DNA of 60,850 nucleotides, taken from Candidatus Sumerlaeota bacterium. Lineage in GTDB: Bacteria > Sumerlaeota > Sumerlaeia > UBA8349. Below are positions 42,834-53,474 of this stretch, piece after piece; position 1 is the stretch's first letter; each line of letters begins with the position of its first letter. A program made the position numbers and the translations under genes. The notes under the pieces were generated by a model. It made no database searches. It was not told the DNA's origin and saw nothing but the letters and a program-made list of their open reading frames with translations. The stretch is taken from contig JAFGFN010000089.1 of the NCBI GenBank assembly GCA_016931035.1, positions 1 through 60,850 on the forward strand. Reading direction: 5' to 3'.

Positions 42834-45527
42834 ATGAGACGATTGTTCTTCTTGAACGGCATTCTGAGTTTTCTTCTTGTGGGCTCCGTGATTGCCGCGT
42901 CCCCCCAGAGCGATGCGGAGGAATCCGATACCGGGCAGTCCGAGACAACCGAAACTCTACAGAGTTTCCTGATGCCGGGGGAACTCACGCCCGAGACGTT
43001 CGTCGCCCAGTCGGACGCGGCGAGCCGACTGGGCACTCGCGTCGCCCGGGTGGTTCGACGCGACGAGCTCCCGGGAGGCCCTTGGGCCAGCGGCGACATC
43101 GGCGACTATATCGTGGAGAACGAATGGATCCGCGCGATCGTTCGCAACGAGAAACGCGAGGGCGGCGGAGGCGTTCCGGGGGGCGGGGGCATCGTAGACG
43201 TCGCGTTGCGCGATCAGATGTGGGACTCGATCGGGGGGATCGCCAACTACATCGGAATCGACGGGAAATTCGAGCCGGTCCAATACGATCGCATTTCGAT
43301 CCACGAGACGCACTCCGGCGGCGGCAACGCTCCCGCGTATTTGCTTCTCGAGGGCGACGTGAAGGGAATCAAGGGTTTCGCGGTCCGCACAATCATGTAC
43401 GCCGAACCGGCCAAGCCGCGCCTGGTCGTGGCCACACACTGCACGAATCTGACGACGCAAACGGTGCAGATAAATATCGTCGATCGCGTCTGTTGGGGGA
43501 CTCTTCCTCCCTTTGTGGGCGCCTATGGCATTCCAAAGTACACCGACCAGACCCATTTGAAGACTCTTTGGGTGTGCGGAACGCTGGACGACTTCTGTCT
43601 GGGCATCGTGAACGGACAGTCCAACCCGATCTCGGTTTCGCCTCTCGTCATGAACACCGGCGCGCATTCCTATGCGCGAGGGAAGGTTCCTCCCGGGCGG
43701 ACTCTCCAGTCCATCCGAACGTGCATTGTCTCGGCTGGAGACATGGCTCCGATACTCGAGTACCTTCTCTCCCTCAAGAAGATCCCCTCGGGCGTTCTCG
43801 AAGGCCGCGTCACCGAGGGAGACGAAGAGGAGCCGGTCAGCGACGTTCAGGTCGAAATCCGCATGATGCTTCGCGACGAAAAAGCGAGGTCTCAAGAGGA
43901 AGAAACGACGAAGAAGAAATCCACCTACCCCGTGGCGTTCGCCATCACGCGTCCGAACGAGCAGGGCTATTACCGCATCGCCTTGCCCGTGGGAGAGTAC
44001 GTGCTGAAAACTACCGGTCCCGGACGGCTCGCCATGCCGTTCGGACAGCAGACATCGTTCAAGATTCGAGCCGGTCGGATAACCACTTACAACAACCGCC
44101 AGGATCCGCCCGGCAAGGGCGTGTTCTCGATCTCGGACGCCGACACCAAGAAGCCGATCCCGGGCAAGGTTCGGTTCGAGCCCATTCCTCCGACGCGTGA
44201 GTTGTATCTGGGTCCCGATTGGAAAGCCTCGGGGGCTCGGAACGTGGCCTACCTGGCGCCGGGTTGGAACGAGGTCGCCATCGCGGGCGGGAACTTCAAG
44301 TGCATTTTCAGCGCGGGCCCCGAATACGAGGTGGTCGAGAAGACGATACGAATCCCGTTGGGAGGTTCTCAGAGACTCAAGGCCGATTTGAAAAGAATCG
44401 CTCCGGCCAAGGGGATGATTTCCGTGGACTTGGACGTGGCGACCGAGATCAGTCCCAGCTCGCGCGTGTCGGCGAAAGACCTCGTCCTGGCCGCCGCGGG
44501 AGAGGGCGTCGAATGGCTGATCTCGGGCGATCTGAACCGTGTGACGGACCTGGACGACGCCATCGCCTCGCAGGGTCTTGAAAACTTCATACGCGCCTCG
44601 CGCGGCGTGCATCTTTCCTATCAGTACCCGCGTCTGTTCGGGGAGTTCTTCCTTTTCCCGCTCTTCAACGCGACCCAGGACCAGATCGACCGGCTGGCCG
44701 GACCCGACTCGAGCCCGGAGGATTTCTTCGCGGCGGTTCGCAAGCTTTGTCCGGAAATCCTGATTTGCGTCACGGACCCCGTGGCGATCGACATGAGCTA
44801 CCTTCAGTACTACCAGGTGAATTCAAGAACGGCCGAGTCGCCGTTCGCCAAAGACTTCTCCATGGATTTCGATGCGTTGGAGGTCGCCGCCGGCAAGAAC
44901 TGGCGGATGAACGACGCGGCCTGGGAGACGATGGAATCCTTCACGTACGCCGGTTATCCGAAGCTCCCTGTGGCGTCGAGCCGCTGCACGTCGCTCTATT
45001 TCAACGAACCGGGCTATCCGCGGCTCTACGTCCTGACGGGCGAAGAATCTCCCCGCAGGGTCTCCGAGAGCCGCCTTGCAAAGCTGATCCGCAGCGGGCA
45101 GTACTTCCTGTCCAACGGCCCCATCATCGAGCAGAAGATCGACGACGCCGTTCCCACGCGCACCGTGACCGCGCACAACGGGGAGATCGTCCATTCGATG
45201 CGAGTGAGCGCCGCGCCCTGGGTGCGCGTCCGCGATATCCGCCTCAACGAGAGCCTGAGGCGGTATCCTCGGCAGATCATGGTGACTCCGGGCGAGGAGG
45301 TGTTGCGCTATCCCTTCGACGAGAAGTCGCGCGCGCCGTATGTTTGGGCGATGGGCAAAAGCAAGAAGTCCTCCGGCGTCAGGGACATGTTCTTCTCGAT
45401 CCGAGTCCAGGGATTGCCGATCGAGCCGGTTCTCAGCCGGGTCCAGAACGAATCGTTCCGCGTGTTCGCCGCCACCCCTCCCATCATGGTGGACGGAAAC
45501 GGCGACGGCAAGTTCGACTTCGAGTAG
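42834..45527 (+). CDS. Large secreted protein: beta-sandwich, carboxypeptidase-regulatory-like domain and degenerate CehA/McbA-type PHP domain
   Basis: Signal peptide; GDIGDYIVENEWIR, GGIVDVA, GYYRIALPVGEY, AGPEYE, PGYPRLYV, YFLSNGPII, VDGNGDGKFD. Confidence 0.65.
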   Translation: MRRLFFLNGILSFLLVGSVIAASPQSDAEESDTGQSETTETLQSFLMPGELTPETFVAQSDAASRLGTRVARVVRRDELPGGPWASGDIGDYIVENEWIRAIVRNEKREGGGGVPGGGGIVDVALRDQMWDSIGGIANYIGIDGKFEPVQYDRISIHETHSGGGNAPAYLLLEGDVKGIKGFAVRTIMYAEPAKPRLVVATHCTNLTTQTVQINIVDRVCWGTLPPFVGAYGIPKYTDQTHLKTLWVCGTLDDFCLGIVNGQSNPISVSPLVMNTGAHSYARGKVPPGRTLQSIRTCIVSAGDMAPILEYLLSLKKIPSGVLEGRVTEGDEEEPVSDVQVEIRMMLRDEKARSQEEETTKKKSTYPVAFAITRPNEQGYYRIALPVGEYVLKTTGPGRLAMPFGQQTSFKIRAGRITTYNNRQDPPGKGVFSISDADTKKPIPGKVRFEPIPPTRELYLGPDWKASGARNVAYLAPGWNEVAIAGGNFKCIFSAGPEYEVVEKTIRIPLGGSQRLKADLKRIAPAKGMISVDLDVATEISPSSRVSAKDLVLAAAGEGVEWLISGDLNRVTDLDDAIASQGLENFIRASRGVHLSYQYPRLFGEFFLFPLFNATQDQIDRLAGPDSSPEDFFAAVRKLCPEILICVTDPVAIDMSYLQYYQVNSRTAESPFAKDFSMDFDALEVAAGKNWRMNDAAWETMESFTYAGYPKLPVASSRCTSLYFNEPGYPRLYVLTGEESPRRVSESRLAKLIRSGQYFLSNGPIIEQKIDDAVPTRTVTAHNGEIVHSMRVSAAPWVRVRDIRLNESLRRYPRQIMVTPGEEVLRYPFDEKSRAPYVWAMGKSKKSSGVRDMFFSIRVQGLPIEPVLSRVQNESFRVFAATPPIMVDGNGDGKFDFE

Positions 45528-45535
45528 GAGACGTA

Positions 45536-46585
45536 ATGTCGGATCTGCGCAGAGATCCCGTTATCGGCCGGTGGGTTATTGTGGCCGCGGAGCGCAGTCG
45601 GCGCCCATCGACGATCTTCACCGAGATCGTGCTCAAGGAACCCGACGTCTGCCCCTTTTGCGACGGCAACGAACATCTGACCCCGCCTGAAATCCTGGCC
45701 TTCCGAAAACGCGATTCTCAGCCCGACCGCGCGGGTTGGTGGGTGCGGGTGGTTCCCAACAAGTTCCCCGCCGTCGACGTGCTGGGCAACGTTCGACGCG
45801 CGGGCGAGGGAATGTTCGATATGATGAACGGCGTCGGCGCGCACGAGGTGGTGATCGAGGCGCCTTCGCACGACGCGAGCATGGCCGACATGCCTTCGCG
45901 GCAGATCGAGGAGGTTTTCTGGGCCTATCGCGAGCGGATGATCGACCTCCAGCGCGATCTGCGGTTCCGGTACGTCCTCGTCTTCAAGAACCAAGGCCCT
46001 CAGGCGGGAGCCACTCTCGCCCACGCCCACTCGCAAATCATCGCGCTCCCCATCGTCCCCAAGCGCGTTCAGGAGGAACTCAATGGGGCGGAGGAGTATT
46101 TCCGCTACAAGGAGCGTTGCGTGTTCTGCGACGTGATTCATCAGGAACAGCGCGACCGACTTCGCGTGGTGGGCGAGAACGATTTGTTCATCGCCTTTCA
46201 CCCTTTCGCGTCGAGATTCCCGTTCGAGACGTGGATTCTGCCGCGGAATCACGAGTCGTCTTTCACCGACATCCAGATCGGCGAAGTCCGGAGTCTCGCC
46301 GCGATCCTCAAGGACCTGTTGATGCGTTTTCGGACGGCGCTGTCGGACCCGGACTTCAACTACGTGATCCACACGACGCCTTTCTCGGACAGGACGTCGC
46401 CCCATTTCCATTGGCACATCGAGTTGATCCCTCGTCTGACGCACTCGGCCGGTTTCGAGTGGGGAACCGGTTTCTACATCAATCCCGTCGCGCCCGAGGA
46501 GGCCGCGCAGCGAATCCTCAACGCGCGAGAGGCGCCGGCCGACAACGTCGAAGAACCGCCTCAAAGAGAATCCTCCGTCGGCTGA
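45536..46585 (+). CDS. galT: Galactose-1-phosphate uridylyltransferase
   Basis: LRRDPVIGRWVI, CPFC, VVPNKFPA, GAHEVVIE, FKNQGPQAGATLAHAHSQ, HWHIE, AGFEWGTG. Confidence 0.95.
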   Translation: MSDLRRDPVIGRWVIVAAERSRRPSTIFTEIVLKEPDVCPFCDGNEHLTPPEILAFRKRDSQPDRAGWWVRVVPNKFPAVDVLGNVRRAGEGMFDMMNGVGAHEVVIEAPSHDASMADMPSRQIEEVFWAYRERMIDLQRDLRFRYVLVFKNQGPQAGATLAHAHSQIIALPIVPKRVQEELNGAEEYFRYKERCVFCDVIHQEQRDRLRVVGENDLFIAFHPFASRFPFETWILPRNHESSFTDIQIGEVRSLAAILKDLLMRFRTALSDPDFNYVIHTTPFSDRTSPHFHWHIELIPRLTHSAGFEWGTGFYINPVAPEEAAQRILNAREAPADNVEEPPQRESSVG

Positions 46586-46645
46586 CAAGCGAATGAAAGA
46601 GCGCGCGATCGATCGCGACGGTCGATCGACAAGGAAGGCGTCGCG

Positions 46646-48682
46646 TTGGCAAAGAACAGAATGCTTCTCGTTCGCCGTCGTTGGATCGACCTGCCGTTCC
46701 TGAATCTCAGGCTTTCGTGGTTCGCACTCGGTCTCTTCCTCACGGCGCTCGCGTCTCTGGCGCCGCGTCTGGAGGGATGCGATTTCGGTCTGCCCTACTT
46801 GCACCACTGGGACGAGCCGTTCCTGCTCACGCCCGCGTTGCGCGTCATCCGCAACAACGATCTGAATCCTCACTTTTGGCAATGGCCCACTCTTCCCCAC
46901 TACCTCCATGCCGTCCGCGGGACGTTTTCCCTTTCCGGCGCGATGAGCCGGGGCGAGATTGAAAACGTCTTCGCCATACGCTCGGGCGACGACACGCTCT
47001 ATAAGTGGGATTGCCCCTATCCGTTCTTCTATGAAAACGGCCGCCGATTGACCGCGATCTTCGGGGCGATGACGGTTGTCTTGGCGGGCTTGGTCGCGCG
47101 TCGCATCGCCGGCCCGTGGGCGGGCATCGCGTCGGCCGCGCTCCTCGCGGGCTACTCGCCGCACCTTCTGCATTCCCACTTCGCGACCCCCGAGGTCCCG
47201 GCGGTCTTCTTCGTTCTTCTGGCCGCGTGGATTTCGCTCGGGTTGTTCGCCCGGCCTCCTTCCGCGGGACGCTATTTCGTCTGCGGACTGTTCTGCGGCC
47301 TGTGCGTCGCGACGAAGTACAACATGTATCCGGTCGTGCTCGTCCCTCTCGTCCTGCATCTCTTCAACACGCGCCGCCGTAGGTTCTGGGGCGTGCCGCT
47401 CGCCGCGTCGATCTTGGGCGTTCCGCTCGGCTTCCTGGCCGGATGCCCGATGGCGCTGTCCGATCCTCTGATGTTCATTCACGGTCTGAGCTCGCAATTC
47501 TCGCGATTCTTGACCGGCGCACACGGAGGCGGCCACGTGGCCTCGGCCGGCGAGGCGCTCGGGAAATACCTGCGCGAGGCGTGGCAGGGTGGACGGGGAG
47601 CGCCGATCCTGATTTTCGCGATGTTGGGCGTCGTTCCGGCGCGCGGGTTCGGTTGGCGCAAGGGTCTGGCGGTCTGGGTGTTCTGCATCGCCTACGTGGC
47701 ATTGATGACGAGGCAGAAGGTCTACTTCCCCCGATATGCCCTGCCGTGCCTCGCCCTCCTCCTGGTGCCGGCGGGATGCGGAATCGCCTCGATCGCTCGA
47801 CGGCTGGGCGGCCGGCGTCTCGGGGTACGAACCGGCCTCGTCGTCGTACTCCTCGTCCTCTGCATCGCGCCGCAGATCGGACCCTATCGGCGCGAGATGG
47901 CGGCGTTGAGGCAACCCGACTCGCGGCTCGACATGGCCCGCTGGATCGACGCCAACATCCGGGAGGACGCGGTTATCGCCGTCGCGCGCGAACTCCATTT
48001 CGCGCCGCAAACGCTCGATTCCCGTTTCCGCCTGGTTCCGTTCAACCACCTCGGCGCCGCGTGGTCCAAACTCCAGGAGTCGGGAGCCGAATACATCCTG
48101 ACATCGGATCGGTACGCTCTCTTCTTCGCGCAAGACAAGGAAGAGCTGCTCGACGACTATCACGCCCGTTTCGCCCGGACGGAGCTCGTGCAGTCGTTCT
48201 CCAACGGCAACTTCTACCTGGATGTGTATAACCACAACGGCAACGTCGTCCTGCGTCGCACGCCCACGACCGACCCCACCCCTTCCCGCCAGACCGAAGA
48301 CAAGACGGTATTTGCACTGGGGATGAACCCGACGCGCGACGTGGGAATCGGCGACGGGGCGGGCGTCGTCTTCCTCGAACCCGGGTCTCTCGTGACCCGG
48401 ATCGGTTTGCCGTCGAGCGCGAGCCGCGTCGTACTGCACGCCCGCCGGGGACATCCGCGCGACAAGACGAACCCCGGGAACGGATTCATCGCCGTTCACC
48501 TCTTGAACATCGCCGACAGGGAACAAGTGCTTTCTTCCCAACCGATAAAGATCTTCGCGGAGTACCGGAAGGAATTCTCCGCTCCCTTCGAGGTCCCGGC
48601 GGGCGACTACTTGATGGAAGTCCGCTGCGATGACGGCGGGAGCCGCGTCCCGGTCGAGCTCGACTGGGTTCGGTTCGAATAG
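46646..48682 (+). CDS. GT-C fold glycosyltransferase (ArnT/PMT, GT39/GT83-like)
   Basis: FGLPYLHHWDEP, LNPHFWQWP, HSHFATPE, ATKYN, FPRYALP; C-terminal soluble domain. Start uncertain. Confidence 0.78.
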   Translation: MAKNRMLLVRRRWIDLPFLNLRLSWFALGLFLTALASLAPRLEGCDFGLPYLHHWDEPFLLTPALRVIRNNDLNPHFWQWPTLPHYLHAVRGTFSLSGAMSRGEIENVFAIRSGDDTLYKWDCPYPFFYENGRRLTAIFGAMTVVLAGLVARRIAGPWAGIASAALLAGYSPHLLHSHFATPEVPAVFFVLLAAWISLGLFARPPSAGRYFVCGLFCGLCVATKYNMYPVVLVPLVLHLFNTRRRRFWGVPLAASILGVPLGFLAGCPMALSDPLMFIHGLSSQFSRFLTGAHGGGHVASAGEALGKYLREAWQGGRGAPILIFAMLGVVPARGFGWRKGLAVWVFCIAYVALMTRQKVYFPRYALPCLALLLVPAGCGIASIARRLGGRRLGVRTGLVVVLLVLCIAPQIGPYRREMAALRQPDSRLDMARWIDANIREDAVIAVARELHFAPQTLDSRFRLVPFNHLGAAWSKLQESGAEYILTSDRYALFFAQDKEELLDDYHARFARTELVQSFSNGNFYLDVYNHNGNVVLRRTPTTDPTPSRQTEDKTVFALGMNPTRDVGIGDGAGVVFLEPGSLVTRIGLPSSASRVVLHARRGHPRDKTNPGNGFIAVHLLNIADREQVLSSQPIKIFAEYRKEFSAPFEVPAGDYLMEVRCDDGGSRVPVELDWVRFE

Positions 48683-48712
48683 GAAAGGAAAAGAGGAGAG
48701 GCCACCCGTCGC

Positions 48713-50416
48713 ATGCGTCATGCACCGAGCATTTTCCTGTTTCTCGCGCTTCTCTATCTCCTCACTTTGGGCGGACATCTCTATTCGCCCGATGAGGAAA
48801 TCCTCTTTCGCACAACCGAGTCGCTGGCCACCCGCGGCGCGCTCGACATCGAGTCGCTCTCCGGCTTCGCCACTCGAACCGGGACCGACGGCCTCGAGTA
48901 CGCCCAGTACGGCGTCGGACAACCTGTCGCCGCGATCCCTTTCTACTGGCTCGGGCGGGGACTCGCGCGCGTCGTCCCAGCCGAGAAATGGGTCGCGCTG
49001 CGAAGCGCGATGAGGACCGACTATCCTCCGGTCTCGCCCGACGAGCCTCCGTCCGAGCTGGCGCGAGAGACGGCCTGTCGTTTCGCCGTGTCCTCGTTCA
49101 ACCTTTTCGTCACGGCGCTGACGGGAACGTTTCTCTTCCTCCTGGCGCGACGCCTCGGCGGGTCGGAACGCGCCGCATGGCTCGCGGCGCTGATGTGGGG
49201 CGCGGGATCGGCGGCTTGGCCTCACGCCCGAACGTTCTTCACCGAACCGCTGGCGACGCTCTGCCTGATTCTCGCTTTCGAAATGCTCGCCCGATACTTC
49301 GTCCCCTCACCGCTCTCCCCCGAGCGAAATGAGACCGAGGAGGGGCCCGAGCCCCTCGCCTGCGGATGCCTTCATTCCTGCGCGTGCGGGCGCGAAGGAC
49401 TCGGCAGCTCGACGCTGCCCCTCTTCGCGGGGATCGCCGCCGCATACGCCTGTCTGGTTCGACTCGACTCGGTTGTCCTTCTCGCGCCGCTCGCCCCGCT
49501 CGTCGTCTGGGGCGACCTTCGCACCCGCAACGGAGAAGGTGCGGAGCGTCGCCTATGGCGCGAAGCGGCGAGACACGCGGTCCAGCGCAAGGTCTATCTT
49601 CGCCTGACCGTTTTCGCGATTCCCGTCGTCGTCGCCGGAGGCCTCGTTCTCCTCCTCAACACACTTCACTTCGGGAGTCCCTTCGCCTCGGCCTACAGCG
49701 ACCAGCCCGAGGGCATTGCGTTCTCGACTCCGATCCTGGCGGGACTCTACGGCTTCCTCTTCAGCGTCGGCAAAGGGATGTTCTTTTTCTCTCCGGGCCT
49801 GGTCCTCGGCTTGTGGGGGTTCGGCCCCATGGTGCGGAAACGGCCCGTCTTCGGGCTCGCCCTTCTTCTCGCCGTCGTGCTGTTCCTCCTCTTCCAGAGC
49901 GCCTGGCGCAACTGGACGGGCGGCTGGTGTTGGGGACCGCGCCACATCGTTCAGATCCACGCCCTCCTCGCGATCCCGATCGCCATGTGGCTGGCGGACC
50001 GGTGGACGCGGGGTCGGCGCTTCGTCGCGGTCTGGCTGTTGGGCGTGGGCGCGGCGGTCCAGATCTACGGTTGCTCGCAGAGTTTCATCGACTTCTACCG
50101 CGTGTATTATTCGGACCCGCGTCCGCCTTACGCACGGATTCTGTACGATCCCGCTCGGACCCCGACGATCGAGGCCTTCTTCGCTCTGCTTTTGCTACGC
50201 GACCCCGAGACGGGCGCGCAGCTCCCTCGCCCGGTCGCGGTTTCGCCCGCTTCGTTTCCCGCTCCCATCAACGATTCGATTTACGTGGTTCAGAATTCGC
50301 AGTGGCTGCGCTACGCCGAGATGTGGCGCGACCTCCGCATTCACGACTTTTTTTGGCTGCACGTATATTCCATCACAAGAAACGAGACAAACAATGGACG
50401 ATTCGATTCGGATTGA
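48713..50416 (+). CDS. GT-C fold membrane glycosyltransferase
   Basis: YSPDEE, YAQYGVGQ, RTFFTEP, FSVGKGMFFFSP, GGWCWGPRH; same layout as 39396..41114. Confidence 0.72.
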   Translation: MRHAPSIFLFLALLYLLTLGGHLYSPDEEILFRTTESLATRGALDIESLSGFATRTGTDGLEYAQYGVGQPVAAIPFYWLGRGLARVVPAEKWVALRSAMRTDYPPVSPDEPPSELARETACRFAVSSFNLFVTALTGTFLFLLARRLGGSERAAWLAALMWGAGSAAWPHARTFFTEPLATLCLILAFEMLARYFVPSPLSPERNETEEGPEPLACGCLHSCACGREGLGSSTLPLFAGIAAAYACLVRLDSVVLLAPLAPLVVWGDLRTRNGEGAERRLWREAARHAVQRKVYLRLTVFAIPVVVAGGLVLLLNTLHFGSPFASAYSDQPEGIAFSTPILAGLYGFLFSVGKGMFFFSPGLVLGLWGFGPMVRKRPVFGLALLLAVVLFLLFQSAWRNWTGGWCWGPRHIVQIHALLAIPIAMWLADRWTRGRRFVAVWLLGVGAAVQIYGCSQSFIDFYRVYYSDPRPPYARILYDPARTPTIEAFFALLLLRDPETGAQLPRPVAVSPASFPAPINDSIYVVQNSQWLRYAEMWRDLRIHDFFWLHVYSITRNETNNGRFDSD

Positions 50417-51749
50417 GAAAGCCCGGCCCGAGGACCGCGAGGCCATCCTCGAGGTCATGCGTCCCTGGAACATGCATCATGTCCCTTCGCCCGAAATGGA
50501 GACGATGGACCTGTCGATGTACTTCGTCGCGCGAAAAGAGGGACGCGTAATCGGCGCCGCGGGCTATGCGATCCTCTCGCAAACCGTCGGCAAGACCACG
50601 CTGCTCGGTGTTCTTCCCGATCTCCAGGGCTCGGGCGTCGGCAAAGCGCTCCAGAACACCCGGCTCGAAGCGATGCATCGCCTCGGAGTCAAGAAGGTCG
50701 TCACGAACTCCGACCGCCCCGCCACCATCGAGTGGCTGAAGAAATCGTACGGCTTCCGCGAGGTGGGGACGCTCAAGAAACTCATGTCGTTCGGCGATCC
50801 CGACATCGACCGGTGGACCACGCTCGAACTCGATCTCGTCGCCTACATGAAGAAAGCCGACCGCGAGGCGGCGATGCGCGAGTACGTCGCGCGCAACGAG
50901 CCCCACCCGCTCGCCCCCTATCCGCCGTTCCTGGTCAACGTCTGCCTGACCGGAATGATTCCCACCAAGAAGACGACCGAGTTCGTCCCCGTCGGTGTCG
51001 AGGAGATCGTCGAGGACGCCGTCCGCGTCGCCGATGCCGGGGCGCAAATCCTGCACGTCCACGCGCGCGACGAAGACGGCAAACCCACCTGGCGCGGCGA
51101 TCTCTACGAGAAGATCCTGACCGGAATCCGACGCGAGCGTCCCGACCTCGTTCTTTGCATCAGCACCTCGGGCCGCAACTGGCCCGACTTCGAGCGCCGG
51201 TCCGAAGCGCTTCGCCTCACGGGCGACGCCAAGCCCGACATGGCGAGTCTCACGCTCGGATCGATGAACTTTCCGACGGGCCCGAGCGTCAACGCGCCCG
51301 AGATGATCCAGAAGCTGGCGCAGGCGATGCAGGAAAACGACATTCGCCCCGAGCTCGAGGTCTTCGACCACGGCATGATCGCCTACGCCAAGTTCCTCGA
51401 ACGCCGCGGCCTTCTGCCCGAGAAGAAGTACTTCAATTTGCTTCTCGGGAGTCTCGGCACGGCTTCGGCCACGATCGCGAACCTCGCCGCGATGGTTCAG
51501 GCGCTGCCCGAGAACTCGGTCTGGGCCGCCGCCGGCATCGGCATGTTCCAGCTGCCGATGAACGCCGCCGCCATCGTCGCGGGCGGAGGCGTGCGCGTCG
51601 GCCTCGAAGACAACATCCACTACGACAGCGCGCGCAAACGCCTCGCCTCGAACGAAGACCTGGTCAAGCGCGTCGTCCGCCTCGCCGCCGAGCTCGAGCG
51701 CCCCCTCGCCACCGCGGCGCAGGCGCGCCAGATGGTGGGACTCGGATAG
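50394..51749 (+). CDS. GNAT acetyltransferase fused to a beta-keto acid cleavage enzyme (BKACE/Kce, DUF849)
   Basis: GNAT motif A LGVLPDLQGSGVGKAL; BKACE motifs LTGMIPTK, HVHARD, ASLTLGSMNF, PELEVFD, RVGLEDN. Confidence 0.85.
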   Translation: MDDSIRIEKARPEDREAILEVMRPWNMHHVPSPEMETMDLSMYFVARKEGRVIGAAGYAILSQTVGKTTLLGVLPDLQGSGVGKALQNTRLEAMHRLGVKKVVTNSDRPATIEWLKKSYGFREVGTLKKLMSFGDPDIDRWTTLELDLVAYMKKADREAAMREYVARNEPHPLAPYPPFLVNVCLTGMIPTKKTTEFVPVGVEEIVEDAVRVADAGAQILHVHARDEDGKPTWRGDLYEKILTGIRRERPDLVLCISTSGRNWPDFERRSEALRLTGDAKPDMASLTLGSMNFPTGPSVNAPEMIQKLAQAMQENDIRPELEVFDHGMIAYAKFLERRGLLPEKKYFNLLLGSLGTASATIANLAAMVQALPENSVWAAAGIGMFQLPMNAAAIVAGGGVRVGLEDNIHYDSARKRLASNEDLVKRVVRLAAELERPLATAAQARQMVGLG

Positions 51750-51917
51750 AATCGTCGAGGGGCGGGGGGACGGAGAACGAGGAATGGAATGCCCTGATCC
51801 CGGTTCCGATACTGAAGAGAGCGTCGATCCGGGACCAATCGGTATTGTGTCCCTCGGTTGCCTCGATTGCAGCGGCGGGCGTCAGCGGAGGGAGAATGCA
51901 TTTGCCCGGCGCGCGGG

Positions 51918-53474
51918 TCAGATGTAGCTGTGGAGGCCGGGTAGGAGGTAGGAGACTCCGAGGTACGTGAAGAGGACCGCGGCGAAACCGATGAGCGAGA
52001 CGACGATCGAACGCAGACCTCGCCAGCCGACCATCAAGCGCGTGTGGAGATAAGCGACGTAGATCAGCCATGTGATCGCCGCCCAAGTCTCCTTCGGGTC
52101 CCACCCCCAAGGCCGTCCCCAGGCGGTGTTCGCCCAGACCGCGCCGGTGACGATCCCGATCGTGAGCATCGGCAATCCGAAACAGACGACCTTGAGGTTG
52201 AGCGATTCGATCCGGTCGAGGTCGGAACGGGGCGTCGTCCCGTCAACAGTTTCGCCTGGTCCCACGGCGAGAGGAGTCCCGCCCTGTCGGGCATACTGGA
52301 CGAGGTAGACGACGCACAAAAAGAAGGAAAGAGCGAAGGCCGAGTAGGAGATCATGATGGTCGTCACGTGAATCTTGAGCCAGTACGACTGGAGCGCGGC
52401 GATGAGGGGGTTCGCGCGCGTCATCGAGATCGGGAGCGAGTTGGCGACCCCCATGAAGAGCGCGCCCAACACGGCGCCGCCGATTCCCAGGTAGACGGCG
52501 CGGTATAGGACTAGGAAAACGAGCGCGAGAAGGGTGGAGCCCGCGACGGCGAACACCATCGATTCGTAGAGACTGGCGACCGGCACGCGGCCGAGGACGA
52601 CGCCTCGCACGACGAGTCCGCCGACGTGGAGGAGAAACGCGAGCGCCAGCGCGGCGGTCGCGATTCGGCTTAGTCCGCTCCAACGCTTGACGCGACACGC
52701 CAAGAAGAGAACCGCCGAGAGCGGATAGAACCAGGCGCTCCAGTAGAAGGGGCGAACCCGCGTGTTGGCGAGATCCCATCGAATCCGGCGCGGCGACACG
52801 AACTCGAAGCCGTCGCACGCATTCTGGGCCGATATCAGTTCGTCGGCCGCCGCCGCAAACGCTCGGGCGTCACTCGCTCGCGCGGCGGCTTTCAGTCCGA
52901 TCCACGCCTTGGCCATTCGGCGCTCGGCCTCGGTCGCGCGTTCGCCCTTCTCCATCAGGGCGCGAGGCGCGATCCAGGAGGTTCGTCGTCCGCGGAAATC
53001 GACCTGGGGTACGATCGTGAGGGAATCTTCGGCCGAGCCCAACGCGTCGGCGCGTTCGACGAGAGCGTTCCACGAGCGCCGCGCGGATTCCGAATCGTGA
53101 AGGAGGGCGGAAAATCCCGGCGCGGCCTGGGCGCGGAGGATGTCGTGGAGCGAGACCCGCCTGGTTCCGAGGAACCGGCGGAGTCCGCGGTCGCTCACCT
53201 TGAAGAACGGTTCGTGAACGTACCTCGCCGGGTCTCGGATCAGAGCGAACCACGCCGCCGTGCCGCGCGCGCCGTCGAGTGCGCGGCGGTCCGTGACGAG
53301 TCGAACCTGTTCCTCCGCGTAGGTGCGAAGGCTTTTCTCGATCCCGTCGTTCTGGACAACCAGGAGATCGAGTTGCGAGTAGTCGAGGTCGCCGCCCGAC
53401 GCCGCCGCGGCCGCGAAAGCCAAACCGACCAGAAGAAGCAACCATCCCGGGAAGTGGAGTCTCGTTCTACGCAT
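51918..53474 (-). CDS. ccsA: Cytochrome c biogenesis protein CcsA/ResC (system II) with N-terminal soluble domain
   Basis: PVASLYES, ALQSYWLKIHV, GAVWANTAWGRPWGWDPKETW, YLH, GLHSY. Confidence 0.92.
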   Translation of the reverse strand: MRRTRLHFPGWLLLLVGLAFAAAAASGGDLDYSQLDLLVVQNDGIEKSLRTYAEEQVRLVTDRRALDGARGTAAWFALIRDPARYVHEPFFKVSDRGLRRFLGTRRVSLHDILRAQAAPGFSALLHDSESARRSWNALVERADALGSAEDSLTIVPQVDFRGRRTSWIAPRALMEKGERATEAERRMAKAWIGLKAAARASDARAFAAAADELISAQNACDGFEFVSPRRIRWDLANTRVRPFYWSAWFYPLSAVLFLACRVKRWSGLSRIATAALALAFLLHVGGLVVRGVVLGRVPVASLYESMVFAVAGSTLLALVFLVLYRAVYLGIGGAVLGALFMGVANSLPISMTRANPLIAALQSYWLKIHVTTIMISYSAFALSFFLCVVYLVQYARQGGTPLAVGPGETVDGTTPRSDLDRIESLNLKVVCFGLPMLTIGIVTGAVWANTAWGRPWGWDPKETWAAITWLIYVAYLHTRLMVGWRGLRSIVVSLIGFAAVLFTYLGVSYLLPGLHSYI

